This document shows positions 34,992 to 47,800 of a stretch of DNA of 64,000 bases, piece by piece; within the stretch, counting starts at the first letter, position 1, and each line of letters begins with the position of its first letter. The notes under the pieces are model-generated. The model worked only from the letters and a program-made list of their open reading frames with translations. It did no database searches and had not been told where the DNA came from. The translations under genes were made by a program, and so were the position numbers. The stretch lies in contig CM097885.1 of NCBI GenBank assembly GCA_044892525.1, positions 23,126,001 through 23,190,000 on the forward strand. The letters run 5' to 3'. The stretch is from Schmidtea polychroa (taxonomy: Eukaryota).

Positions 34992-37299
34992 TCTAGAAAA
35001 TCAATCAGTTTTATATCGAGTCAGGACATTTATTTTCGAATGACACAGTCGAGTTTAGAACATAAGCTGGCCATCTTATCTATCATCTCACCCAATGACA
35101 ACCCACAGATCTCATCATCCGTTCTCATTCACTGGCATTCCACTACAAACATTCAAATTCACTCATACAATCGTTTACGAAAAAGGGAACGGGAATTTGA
35201 TTAAGAAACGCCTCTGATCTAGGTCCACTTCCTTATCATATCGTTATTCTCTAGTTTTCTCATTACTGTCTCAGCTTTCTATCGATGTAATTATACCTAA
35301 TGACTTTAAAACGAGACCAAAATCCCCGACAACTTATGGCCAATTATATGTTAAACTACTCTAGGGGAATTATAATAAGAAAATTTAGTTAGAAAACTGA
35401 ATATTAAATTAAAATTTCCAGTGATTTAAATTATACGCGGAATTCGTCGTCATGGAGACATTTATTTAGTTGTACATTCTGATTGGATAGCTAGAGGTGT
35501 CAATCTTCCGATCGCAATTATAATTGTGCATTAGTTGTTATTTTTCGAGCAACTGTCTGTACTATTGGAAAAGATTATTGCTTGTCTAGTAAATTGGAGA
35601 AAAATCTAATTCCTCACCCTAGTCTGTTGAAAATTTATTTCTGAAGAAAATCCATGTATTCACGTGATCATTACATCACCAGCATTTCCTACCAAGCAGT
35701 AGATTCATTTGTACACCGCATTACATGAGAGTGACAGAAGTGTGTGTATGTACTATGACAGAATAGAACGGATTACATAATCGGCTTTCCGACAAGAAGC
35801 AGTAGACAAATTGCGAATCCGATTTATCAGCGCAAGCAACCGACGATGTAGCAGAGTGCGGAGTAAGTTGACTTTGTTATCAAATTTCATTTCATGATGT
35901 TGACTCAGGATAATGATTATTAGCTGGTTCACTCGACTATTCCTACTCACAGAGCGATATAGCATCAATTTAAGTTAGCATTATCAGATAACCCTGTTGG
36001 CTGACGGTAAACTGGCTATTGCAAATCAATTGAATACGGTTATCGTTGACGATAATTTCCCTCGACCTCATAGTAAGTATTCCTAAATTTTTATCGTACC
36101 GTGTTTACCTACCCGTCAAAGAGAGATTATTCCCTGCTGGTGTCTGTGGCTCAAGGACAGAAATTCGACATTCAAGAGTACATCGATGGTGGATGTAACT
36201 GCTAACAACCGGGTGACAGATTTAAAAGAAAAGAAAATCGAATTCCGCAGAAGGTGAAGACATTATACAATATCTCTGACTGATTCGTGAAATGGTGATG
36301 GTAATGCCTCCGAAAAATGCTCTAACGACGACCTGACTGTCATGAGGATCCTCTTTGCCTGCGTGGATTACCATTAGTTCAATGTCAATATCAAATGTCT
36401 ATCTCTGTCTAATTCTTGGCCATTTCTAAAATTCGTTGACACAAATTTTTTGGAATTTTCGCCATAAGAATGGAACTAATCGCAGAACGATCGCACTCGG
36501 TGGAAATAATTTTACTCCGCAAACGCATCTCAACTACTAAGTCTCTTCACCCCTCATGACACACCCAAGAAGGCATTCATTTCTGCCGCCATTCTTGCAC
36601 CGTCATGAGGGACCAATCGACTCATTCAACTTCAACATCTTTAGCATCATGTATGATTATAAAGCAATAAAATCATGAACAAATAAATAAATATAAAAAT
36701 TCTTACCCGGCAACCATATCATCTGGCATCCAAGTATGATGTCTCCCCTTCTCAAGCTGCGTACTCAATCATCACTTTTATAACCATCTCATCAATTATG
36801 CTCATATTCTCCAAAGATCTAAAAAATCTTCGACATTGCCTAGATACATTCTACAAAATTTCCTCGTGACATATCTCTGCTGACCACATCATACTCGGAT
36901 CTTCCAGAGGATACAGCTGCCGGCACCATGAAGAAAAGATAATTGTCATTTAAATAAAATTTATTCTATGAAATGAGTTTTGTTTTTCATTTTAACCATC
37001 AAATTAGCAAACATAAATAATTAATAAACCAAAATAAGTCACCATACCTAGAGCTTCGAAAAATTGGAACGAATTGAATTTAAAACTGATTTCGTAATAA
37101 ACTGGTCACTAGTCGTTCGGTAACTTCCTGTAAATGTAAGTTCTGGAATCTCTGAAGTGATGCTTGTGAGTATGGTTCTGTGGAATATCTGTGATCGGTA
37201 ATCTGTAATCTGTAATCGTGAAAAATCAAAGTGGGTTAACTTCTTCTTAAAAATTTTACCTGTAATCGTGAAAAATCAAAGTGGGTGTCTTCTAATTTT

Positions 37300-37335
37300 T
37301 CACGTTACATATATAGTATTTTTCGTCCAATCAGG
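37300..37335 (-). promoter_or_regulatory. LTR promoter: inverted CCAAT (CTGATTGG) plus TATA box ~500 nt inside the LTR
   Basis: The same ATTGG...TATATA arrangement occurs in the solo LTRs at ~45355-45379 and ~42106-42143. Confidence 0.6.
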
Positions 37336-40300
37336 ACGCAGCTTGTTTGTGATTTTCTATTTATTATTATTTTTTTATGTTTTTATTATAATGTATTGGG
37401 TTTTAATAACTTAACTTATTTCTTATTATTATTTTATTTATTTTTCTTATTTTTCTCTTATTTTCTGTGGACTTATTGTTATTTGAATGTAATATAATTT
37501 TTTGTTTTAATTAAACTTAGAAATGGTTTTATTTTTTATTTATTTCTTTAATTTTCCCGTTTATTTGTTTCACTTTTTTGTTCATTCTATTTTTATTTCA
37601 TCCGCTGTGTGTCTTAAATCGTTTTATTTCTAAATCTTAGGGGTTTATTAGGTTTTATTTAATTAGGTTACTTATTCTTATTCTTTTGTTAGTATTTTAC
37701 TGTTCCTTCCTATTTACTAATGAGATATGATGGTAATTTATATATTTCTTATTTTCATTTATTTTTCGAGGTTTACCTTTCTATTCGTTCCAGTTTTCTC
37801 CGCTCTGAAATTTAACCCAACACAAGTATGAGTCCGAAATTTTAAGTAACATTAAATAAATTTACAGAAAAGAAATTTCTGTACAAAATTCTTACGAAAT
37901 TCCAAACATATAAAACTTTCGATGTCTGAGAAAATGTCTGAGAAAACGAATAAAACCCTTATAGGTGAGATAAAGGGATTCTTCAAAAATCCAAAAAAAC
38001 AAGTTATTATACGAATCCGTAATCAAATAAATAAATTGAAAAACAAAATTTTGAATAAATTGAATAGCACAATAATTTCAATGTTGAAGTCTCTAAACTT
38101 GAGATTCCCAACGTTGCTGTGATAACTATATATAAGACAAAGTCTGGTTATCAAATATTTATTTAAAATTCAAATTTCTTACCAATACAATCCTTTTGAG
38201 ATTTGATTTCACTGGAAAATAATCGTGGGTGTTTAATATTATGTTAGTGCGTTATGTTGAGTACTACGGTTAAACTTTACTGTCGTGTCTTGTTAAAGAT
38301 TAAAAACTAATAAGGTTTTTAAATTATCTAGTGTTTCCAGGCCAAGGAAAACTAAAACCAAAACAACATAATAATAAAACATATTAAAACAACACAACAA
38401 CATAATAATTTTCTTTTTGAATATAGTTATATTTTTTCAGACTTTCTCCATATTCGTAAATATTTCGTGATGTACTATTTGTTATTGTGTAAGTTTTAAT
38501 TTAATATTCTTTTAACATTAACCTTCCTAATGTTTTCCTTTTCAAACCTTTTAATGATTTTAACTTAACCTGCTCTGAATCATTTAAAAATCTCTGAATT
38601 ATATAACAAATTCAAAAAAAGCTTATTATCATTTAACATTCTCAGTGTCATGGCAGTCATTTTTGACTGACAGTGCTTTGCCACTTGCACCACAACAGGT
38701 CTTTTACAGGTAAAAATGTAATTTTTTTGTTGTCAGACACATTTATCTACCAATACTCTGTGTCAGGTCGATTTGTCTAACAGAGACTTTTTAAAAAATA
38801 ATTTTGTGAGGTCAATGTGTCTGACAATAACATGTTAAAAAGGCTGTTTTTCTGTGGCACTGTATTAACAGTAACCATAGGCTCGTATAGATCTTTTTGC
38901 ATGAACTTAAATTGTAAAAAGGCTTTATTGGAGCAAAATTTTAAAATGAAATATACAGTTTGATGTTCATATAAATTAATAAAATTAAAAATTATTTCAC
39001 TATTTTTTGATGCATTGAAATTTAAAAAATAAAACTATTAAATATGCAATTAATATTATTAAAATTTAATCTCACACTAATAAACGAATAACCATTTCTT
39101 GTTTGATGTTGTTTAAACCGTCAATTTATTTAAATTTCCTTTTAAAATATTTTCTCAAACATGTCCTCCAACATTAATTCATGTAATTATTTGATTACTA
39201 ATAAGTAAAGTCTAGAAACGAAGAAAAAACAATATAAAGTAAAGTTTGATTATATTCAATTTTTTCTAAAAATTAAATTTAAGTTGACAAATGAATTCTG
39301 GCATTTATTAGAATATAGAAACTTGAATTAAAAACAGATTATTTCGTAGAAAATTTAGAGATGAGAAATTTGTAAGGTATATTAATATTTTAGTTTTGAT
39401 ACAAATATTGTAAGTTATTAATTCTTTGATAATGATAATTTGATTTATTATGAATACTCGGCTTCACATGTATATAACGTATATAGTTATTATTCATAAA
39501 TTTATTGTGATTAATGCTTTAATATTTACATTTTAATTTATGTTTTGATCTTGATATAATTAGGTTATTATCAGATTTTGAAGTTAAAGGAAAATGTACT
39601 AGCTGAACGTTGTGAGTTTTGGCTAATTGTATCGATTAGATCGTTACACCTATAACTGTTAGAATTCTATATAGTTAATAGATTAGAAAATTAGGCACAC
39701 TGGCGACCTTATGAAGTTGATAATTTCCCTACTACTATTATGCCTAAATATGGTCAGTTTATCCAACAAGATATTTTGTCCCCATATGGGTAATGGTCAC
39801 AAATTTACTGCTCGAAAAAATCTCTTGCCCCATTATTAACAAATTATTATTCCAACGAAACATATGTAGTTGCATGCTGACTGCAACATACATTTTCAAT
39901 ATGAAGACTTAATTATACCAAATAATCTTCAATGAAACTATAACGAGTTTTCAGTAATAAAATTTTGTGTACTATAAAAATCAACACCAAAATAAATGTT
40001 TTTTATATATTGATATCATATATTAGCCGCTTAATAAAACATCGTCGATATTGATGTTACCACAATCCATATTTACATTATTATTGTGATTGTTATCATC
40101 GGAATCATCTAAGTCCGGACTCATTCCGTCAAAAAGTGGACCAACTTCAAATACCTGGTCAATATCTGGAACATTGAGTCCTAAATAATAACCATATGCC
40201 AGACTGGTATTAGGCCCCACCCATAGCCGCTTGTCACTAAGCTATGAACGCTGGCCTACCACAAGCAAGCTATCCTTGTAATAGTGCCCAAATGTCAAAA

Positions 40301-41777
40301 GACAATGAAATCATAAATGAAGATTTATTAGTACAATCAAATGTAATTGGGGGTAACAATACCTGGCTCATCTTCCTAAATTTCACAACATTCCTTGAAG
40401 TCGCCTGGATTGGAGCTGCAACGCCGTCGCCCAGTGGGCCACCAGGAGATGCAAGGACGAAATGACGACAGATCACACTCGAACTCCCGCTACTGAGGAG
40501 GAACCAACGGGCTGGAGTAGATCTAGATCGCGAAGAGGACTCAAATGAAGAATTACAATTCAACTGGCGAGCTGAGACAAATAATTTTATTACAAAAAAG
40601 AATAAATATAAAAAATATTACCCTACAATTTCAGCAACAAATGGACAGATTTCGCCAGAGCTCGGACGGATCCGAGCATCAACAAGTAAATGCGGAATCA
40701 GATGAACCAAAAAGAGCAGTCGTGTAGTAGCCTCGACAAGGCTCTGAAAGCGGATAAATTACCATTTTTCGAGATTTTCAATCCCGAATCCAGAGAATTT
40801 AAATTTTTAACATTTCGGGAAATCCCGGATCTCGAGAATTTCTAGAGAAATCGGGGTTTTTTTAAATCAAATATTCATTGAAAAAATTATTTTTTAAAAA
40901 TTGAATGATAATGTTTTTGAAATAAATAAGTATACGATGTCTTTTCTTTGTTGGAAAAGTGATACATTGTGTGAAGTGTAACATCATTAGCTATAATCTC
41001 ATTTCAATTTTCATTTTGTGGTAAGCAATTGTGTTGTATTATCTGTTTGTATCGGAAATTTAAATTTATTTCTATTTAAAAACAAATTCAAATACATAAA
41101 TATTAAATTTTCATCATGAGTTCATAAAACGAATATGACCAAGTGTGGGAGCTTTTCAAAAGATTAGAAAATGATATTAATAACAAATCTAAAGAACATT
41201 ATAATAATTAAGCTGTCTTTATCTCAAATTTACAATAAAACAATATTCTAATGGTAAATATAATGAATCTAAAACAAATAATATCAATGACTCTGATAAT
41301 CTAATTGAGGATAATTTACTTGATTCTATTAAAAGAACAAACTATGCAACGTTCAATGACAGAATTGAATTAAAATCTGAATTAATTGCCAGAAAAAACT
41401 CTAAATTACAGGGTTATGCAAATCTTTATCCCCATTTATACAAATCTATATCCCCATTTATACAAATCTATATCCCCATTTATGCAAATCTATATCCCCA
41501 TTTATGCAAATCTATATGCCCATTTAATAAAAATATATAAATATGAGGGTTGAGAGATAAAAAATTAAAAACGCCATAAATATATTTCAAAGGATCATTT
41601 ATTATATAAATTGTTCCCTTCGTCTTGCGTTTTCAACCCATACCCTAATATTAGAGTAAAAACCACGACATTTTACTCCATAAGATATATCAGTTACCAT
41701 TATCTCATCTAAAGCATCTTCTATCCTTATGTTTGCTTTGGCAGCTTTCAATCCATGATATCGTTATTTTAACATCG

Positions 41778-44431
41778 TGTTGGGCTGAATCGAAAGCTTA
41801 AACGCAGAAAATAGGGAAAGTCAGAGAAATAAGATATTAAGATAAAATAAACAATTTAAAAAATAAAAAACAGAATAAGAAATAAGAAAAACAATAATTA
41901 AAAAGTAAGAATTAAAACAAAATAATAAAATAAGAAATTAAAATAGGAAAATAGATTAACAAACAAAATGATGAAAAATTTAATAAATATAGAGGAAGTT
42001 AAAGGAATAAATAAAAAATAATATAATAAAAATAAAAAAAGTAAGAAGAAATAATCGAAAATAGGAAAAAGAAATTATATTAATTAAAATAAGCGGTACT
42101 CAACTCTGATTGGTCCGCAGGCATGCAAAAAATACTATATAAACCGACATGAAATTCATTATATTCACTGTTTAACTTCAAACTGCTATAGGTAACGTTT
42201 AAAATTATTCACTGTTTAACTTCAAACTGCTATAGAACCTATTCGAAGGACACTATTCAATAGAAAATCACCGATATTCAAAGGAACAACAGGATCAAGG
42301 ACTAATAGATAAACTTTACCGGAACTCAAATCATAACTTTCGATTCAGCTCACGATCAATTTTCGAACCATAGTAAGAGAGATTTATTGGTTTTTAAGAT
42401 TTGTTAAGTAATTATGAAGTATTACCTAATGATTAAACAATTAATTTAACATTAAAATGTCTCTTCTTCATTTGATTTCCGTTTAAGTAATGTCTGAATG
42501 AAATTACATTTTGTAGATTTGGATTTAATTGGCATCAATAAATGATTTTCATTTTAGAAATTTTATGTTTTATATTTTTATGTTTTGTGATTCATGATAT
42601 GCACAAGTATGATATGACTTTAAAATCTTCGAGTAACGTGGAGTTGAGGAACTTCCTGTCATGGTATGAGGTGCCTTCGGGAGCTCAGCCGGTGGACATG
42701 GGGTTCTTCAATCACGCAGCTGTATTGGGCCGAAATGTGGGGGCTTCCTCACGGGTCCTATCGCTGAAGAATTAATAAGAGTATTTTAAATAATAACGAA
42801 AAAATGTTTTAAATATTAATTGAAGGTATTTTAAACAACACTCCAATGTAATATTTAATAATTAGGCATGTTTTGAAAACCAACAATTAAAGATAAATTT
42901 AGTAATTCATAAATCCTCTTAATTTTGAAGCTAGTAATTTATTTGCATTCGTCAATGCGGTGATATAGGTAGTAGAATTGGTATTGTCTTGGTAAATGAT
43001 TAGCCTAGTAGTAGTAATAAAATCGTTCTGGGAGGAGTTTTCTTTTCCCGTCTGTCCTAATCGTCTTGTTGCCAGATATGCGATGGTGAACAAATACCGT
43101 ACTCAATCAACGATTTCTTAAATATAGTTATCTCAGTTTCTTTTTATAGCCATCTAACATGCTACCAACCGCCAAATCCGCTTTACGCCCATGGTTCTCC
43201 TGCGCGGACAAAAATGCGATTATAAGGAATCTGCAGGCCCAGATCGGGCGCTACAAAAAGAAAATAGATGAGTTGGATGGCACCTGGTTCAGACACGCTC
43301 AGATGAAGGAGACCCAAAAAAAGCTGTATCGCAGCGAACACTGTCGTGACGCTCTCATCTCGGAGAGTCGTTCACAAAGGAGCTTGATTAAAGAGCAGTC
43401 CGAGGCACTGCATAAAGTCTACCTACAGGCAGTCACCACGCGAAAGATCGTCCAGATCCCCATTAAAGAGGCCGATAATATCTTTCCGCCTCATCATAAC
43501 ACCTCAAATCCATCTCCGCCGCTCAAGAGGTCCTGTCGAGATTGCGTCGAAACAGAACTGTCGCCCAAGTGACCAGATGTCATCATCACGTGTACCAGCA
43601 AGGCATCAACTCCTAATACATCCACATCAACCACGCTTCAGCAAGCTGAAATTTTGGACAAACCTAAACGCAAACAACTATCTCGTGCAGAGCGTAAAAA
43701 GAGACAGCGCGAACGTACATTGAGCAGACAGAATAAGGCCTCAGCGGAAGATCCGACCCCTGAAGTACCAGTTCCGCGGTGATAGACTTGACCATCGGGG
43801 CCCCCGCGCGAATTATATCAGCCGCCGGTGTAGCCTGGGAGGAGAACGCCTCCGAGTTCTTTGATTTAGAAGAGTTGTTACTCGCCACGGAATGGAAGGA
43901 ATGAGGCCCCACGGTGAAGCGTTCTCGAAAATTCTATGAATTCATGTCATCCTGCATTGTCTCTTCTTTTCCTATGTAAATACTATGTCGTATTCTGTGT
44001 GGTTATTAAGACAATAAATTTCTATTTCTCTTTGGTATTCTTATATGTCTTTTGTAATGAATTAGTATAGATATTTAAATGTATAGAAGTACTCATTTTG
44101 GGGGAGTATCAGTCAAGTTTGCATTTGGTGTAAGACCCAGCGAGAGATCGGATCGCGTTGCTAGACGTAAGTCCTTCTATCGGCAGTCAGGTGTGGGAAG
44201 TCGAGGCCTCAGTAAGGAGTAGTTTAAAGGCAGAAGCTCACCTGCTTACTGGCGTCTCGCCTGCATAGTGCAGTACCAACGTGAAGCAATTCACGGGCAC
44301 TAATGTTGGAATGCAGATCGTGTGAGGTCCTACTCTGAGTTGACGAGGTGAGAGTTAGTAGATGTAGTCGGACAATCATCCCTTATGGTAGAGCCTTGAA
44401 TTAGCATAGTCAACCGAGTGGTACCCCAGCA
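41778..44431 (+). mobile_element. Solo LTR (2,654 bp) of a diverged relative of the giant element, inserted in the Tc1 transposase
   Basis: TGTTGGG...CCCAGCA termini with 4-bp TSD ATCG (41774-41777, 44432-44435); shares promoter layout, ORF and 3' motifs with the giant LTRs. Confidence 0.88.
43159..43913 (+). pseudogene. Diverged, frameshifted homologue of the LTR-encoded ORF
   Basis: LRPWFSCADKNAII...DELDGTWF...RDALISESRSQ...QSEALHKVY; after a shift, KPKRKQLSRAERKKRQR aligns to the basic segment. The 3' end is approximate. Confidence 0.75.
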
Positions 44432-44855
44432 ATCGAAAAAAAACTCTTCAATTGGGTTGAGCTCTGGTGAGTAAGGTATTAGAAATTTCACGGGATTTCG
44501 ATTTTCGGACAATAAATTCTGAACATATCTTGAATGATGAAACTTTGCATGGTCCATTACCAGAAATTTGATTGGGTTTTGTCGAAAGTAGGAAATTAGA
44601 TGTTCACGTATAAACTCGATAAATAGAGATTGGTTATATGAACCAGTTCGATATTGATAGGCAACTATACCATTTATTCCAATCACACACATTAAACTTC
44701 TATTCACATTTCTGTTAGCAGGAACTTGGATAAAAGCATTTGCGTTTATAGGAGAATACCCTTATGCCCTATGTTAGGAGGTTCCTATTATATTTGTGCG
44801 TATTATATGCCTTATATTATATGTATTATGCTTGTACTTATGTTCGTGAATGCTG

Positions 44856-47800
44856 TGTTGGGCTAAATTTTGAAGTGGAGAGAAAAACTGGGTTAAATCG
44901 GGAAGCGAACCTCGAAAAATAAACGAAATATAATAAAAGATAAATTACCATCAAACCTCAATAGTAAATAAGGAAACAATAAAATACCCATAAAAAGAAA
45001 TAAGAATAAGTAATAAATAAATAAAACCCCTAAGAATTAGAAAGAAAACAAAAGAGAAAGGATTTAAAGCACCCAGCGAGTAAAGTAAAAATAGAATAAG
45101 CGAAAAAGTGAGAAAAAATAAACGAGAAATTAAAGCAATAAATAAAAATATCTTTAAGCCTAATTAAAACAGAAAAATCATATGGCAATAAAGTAGCCAT
45201 AAAACAGCAAGAAAAAATAGGAGAAAAATGATAAAAATAAGAAAAATAAATAAAATAATAATAAGAAATAAGTTAAGTTATTAAAAGCTAATATATTATA
45301 ATAAAAACATAAAATAATAATAAATATTAAAAAATTACAACCTAACTGAGTCCTGATTGGACGAAAAATAGTATATAAGCAACGCGAAAATAAGAAGAAT
45401 ACCACTTTTTAATCCACGATTGCAGGTAAAATTTTTGAGTTATGAGATACCACTTTTTAATCCACGATTGCAGAACTTGACTTACGAATTATTACGGAGG
45501 ACTAATTTCAAAGACGACTAAATCGATTTTAGGAAGAAACTCAGTAAACTTATTCAAGAAAACCTTCACGTTAACCGATTAAATCCAGTTATTCCAAAAC
45601 TCGAAAGTATGTTAAGTTATTTATGGTTTAGTTTTATGATGAATATGATTGAATTTAATAGATATTTATGATTGACTTTAGTAAATTTTTGTAAATAACA
45701 AGGATAATTTCATTCAATAAATTTATTTGAAAACAGAAACTGCCCTTCTTCATGGTGCCGACGACTGTACCCTCTGGTGATTTCAAGTATGATGCCAATG
45801 GAGGAAGTAGCCACGAGGAATTTTCATAGCATGCCTCTAGGAGATGTTGCGAAGACATTGGAACTGGAAAAATGATAATAATCAATGAGATGTTCGCTAA
45901 TGCTCAGACTGAATATATGATTGGAAAAGGGAAAGCATCATACTTGGAGCCCAGATGATATGGTCGCCGGGTAATTTGATTTATTTATTTTGATCATTAT
46001 TTATTCTGTTATTATTATGATTTATATATGAATTTTTAATTGTTGAATGTGAAGGAGTTGATTGGTCCCTCATGACGGTGCAAGAATGGCGGCAGCAATG
46101 AATGCCTTCTTGGGTGAGTCATGAGGGGTGATGAGGCTCGGTAGACTAAAAATCCCGTTGAGGAGTAAAATTTTCCTTCACCCAGCGCGATCGTTAGGAG
46201 GATATTCTATCATTTTGTTCAGTTATATCGAGATTTCTGATATTCGTATAAGTAGCTTGAACTCCCAACAGGGGTTAATCCGGATTTAGATCGACATGAG
46301 TGTTTAGATAGATCCAATAAAACTTCACATAGATTGAGGAAAATCAGCCTGTCGATCAGAGCAGCTAAGAAAGAATCTTGTCGACCACCGTTTGCGATTA
46401 AATCCAACGGTTTTTCTGCAGCGTAATAAATTCACGAGGTATCGTCTGATTTGGATCGCCAGAACGTTAGCGATGAAATCCGTAGGGAATGTACTTTTAG
46501 GCTTGATTGTTGACGCTCGGGTTACTGATAAGCATCGTTTTCTGCAAATAAAGCATGAGAATTATCAGGATACTTAAGATAGAGATGGGAGAAACCACTG
46601 ACAGGAATATCGGCTACTCGTTGATTGACTCGATGAATCGCCCGTGGAGTTATCTGATAATTGTTAAAGGGACTACAGTCGGATTGTAGCAAATCAAATT
46701 GAATGACCGACGAAATCAGATAGCGCTGATAATAAGTTCATTTCCACGATGATTTGTCTAGTTGGCGCGTGGGTAGACATTGTCTTGAGTTGGCCGTAGG
46801 ATAAGTAAAATAGATTGAAAATTCCAGCTCATTCATTACTCACCGAATTATCACATACTGTCTAAGGCTGATGCTCGTGGAATTTTTAGTAGCAATTCAA
46901 CTTTATTGCGTCTCGTAACCACACACACTTGCGCACTCCAGTAGGATAGCAACGCACTCTAGATAGTGGAATTTTCTGTGACGTCATAATTATATCATAG
47001 CCTATCCGAAATTTCCTGAGATAGTAGGATGGTGTGTATGGACAACAGCACGGATCGTTTTTACCGTGATTTGATACGACATCGAATTGTCTCGATTATT
47101 ATAGAGAAACAACAACATATGAAAGCACACGGCTAAGCTAATCTAACGGAACATACTAGCTCGTACAATAAAAATTAAACATAACATACGCACACCTGAG
47201 GTAGTGTCACCATGACAACGAAATAGCGCGTTATACAAATAATTAGTATTTTAATTCATGCTGCATTTTTGGGATAATCTAATTTTAAATTTTTTATCGT
47301 TGATTAGAGTTTATAACAGACAAGTAAAAACAAATGTCACCAAATCTAGACTCACCAGCACTTGTCTTACACAAATCGACGAACCACAATACTAAGAAGT
47401 GGATTTCTAATTTTTGTAGAATGATGAAATGAGATAGAAGTAACAATCAACAATCACCAAAAAGGGGAATAGATGGGACCCATCCAATCTGAAATTAACG
47501 TTTATTTTTATTAAATAAATTAATTCGGTACAATTTTCCCCGTTTTCTTTCCGTAATTCATATAAATTAGTTGGAGAAATGGTGTATGTTTGCCAATGAA
47601 TGATTGTGAATCGAAAGGGATGGTGAGAGCTGTGAGTTGTCAGTGTACGGAATGATTGATAGAACCCCAAACCTAAGTTCTAGAATCGACTATATCGTAC
47701 TAGTAGATGTTTTTCCAAGTAACCTAACAAAATATTGACCTTCTAGATGACTACATCGTCCAACAAAGCCAAAGAACTTCGCCCGTGTTTCTCTTGTGCC

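Larger units (their letters stand above)
15762..37822 (-). mobile_element. Giant (22,061 bp) Ty3/Gypsy LTR retroelement with multiple cargo genes (Burro/Ogre-like architecture)
   Basis: Two 4,124-bp direct repeats with TGTTGG...CCAACA termini; 4-bp TSD CAAG (15758-15761, 37823-37826); PBS next to the right-hand LTR; Gypsy-order RT-RH-INT. Confidence 0.96.
33699..37822 (-). repeat. 5' LTR of giant element (4,124 bp)
   Basis: See 3' LTR; followed on the minus strand by the PBS. Confidence 0.96.

Noticed and set aside
46067-46127. SECIS or hammerhead interpretation of the conserved hairpin
   Set aside because: The ATGA is Watson-Crick paired rather than forming the GA quartet, no in-frame TGA selenoprotein is nearby, and there is no CUGANGA/GAAA core.
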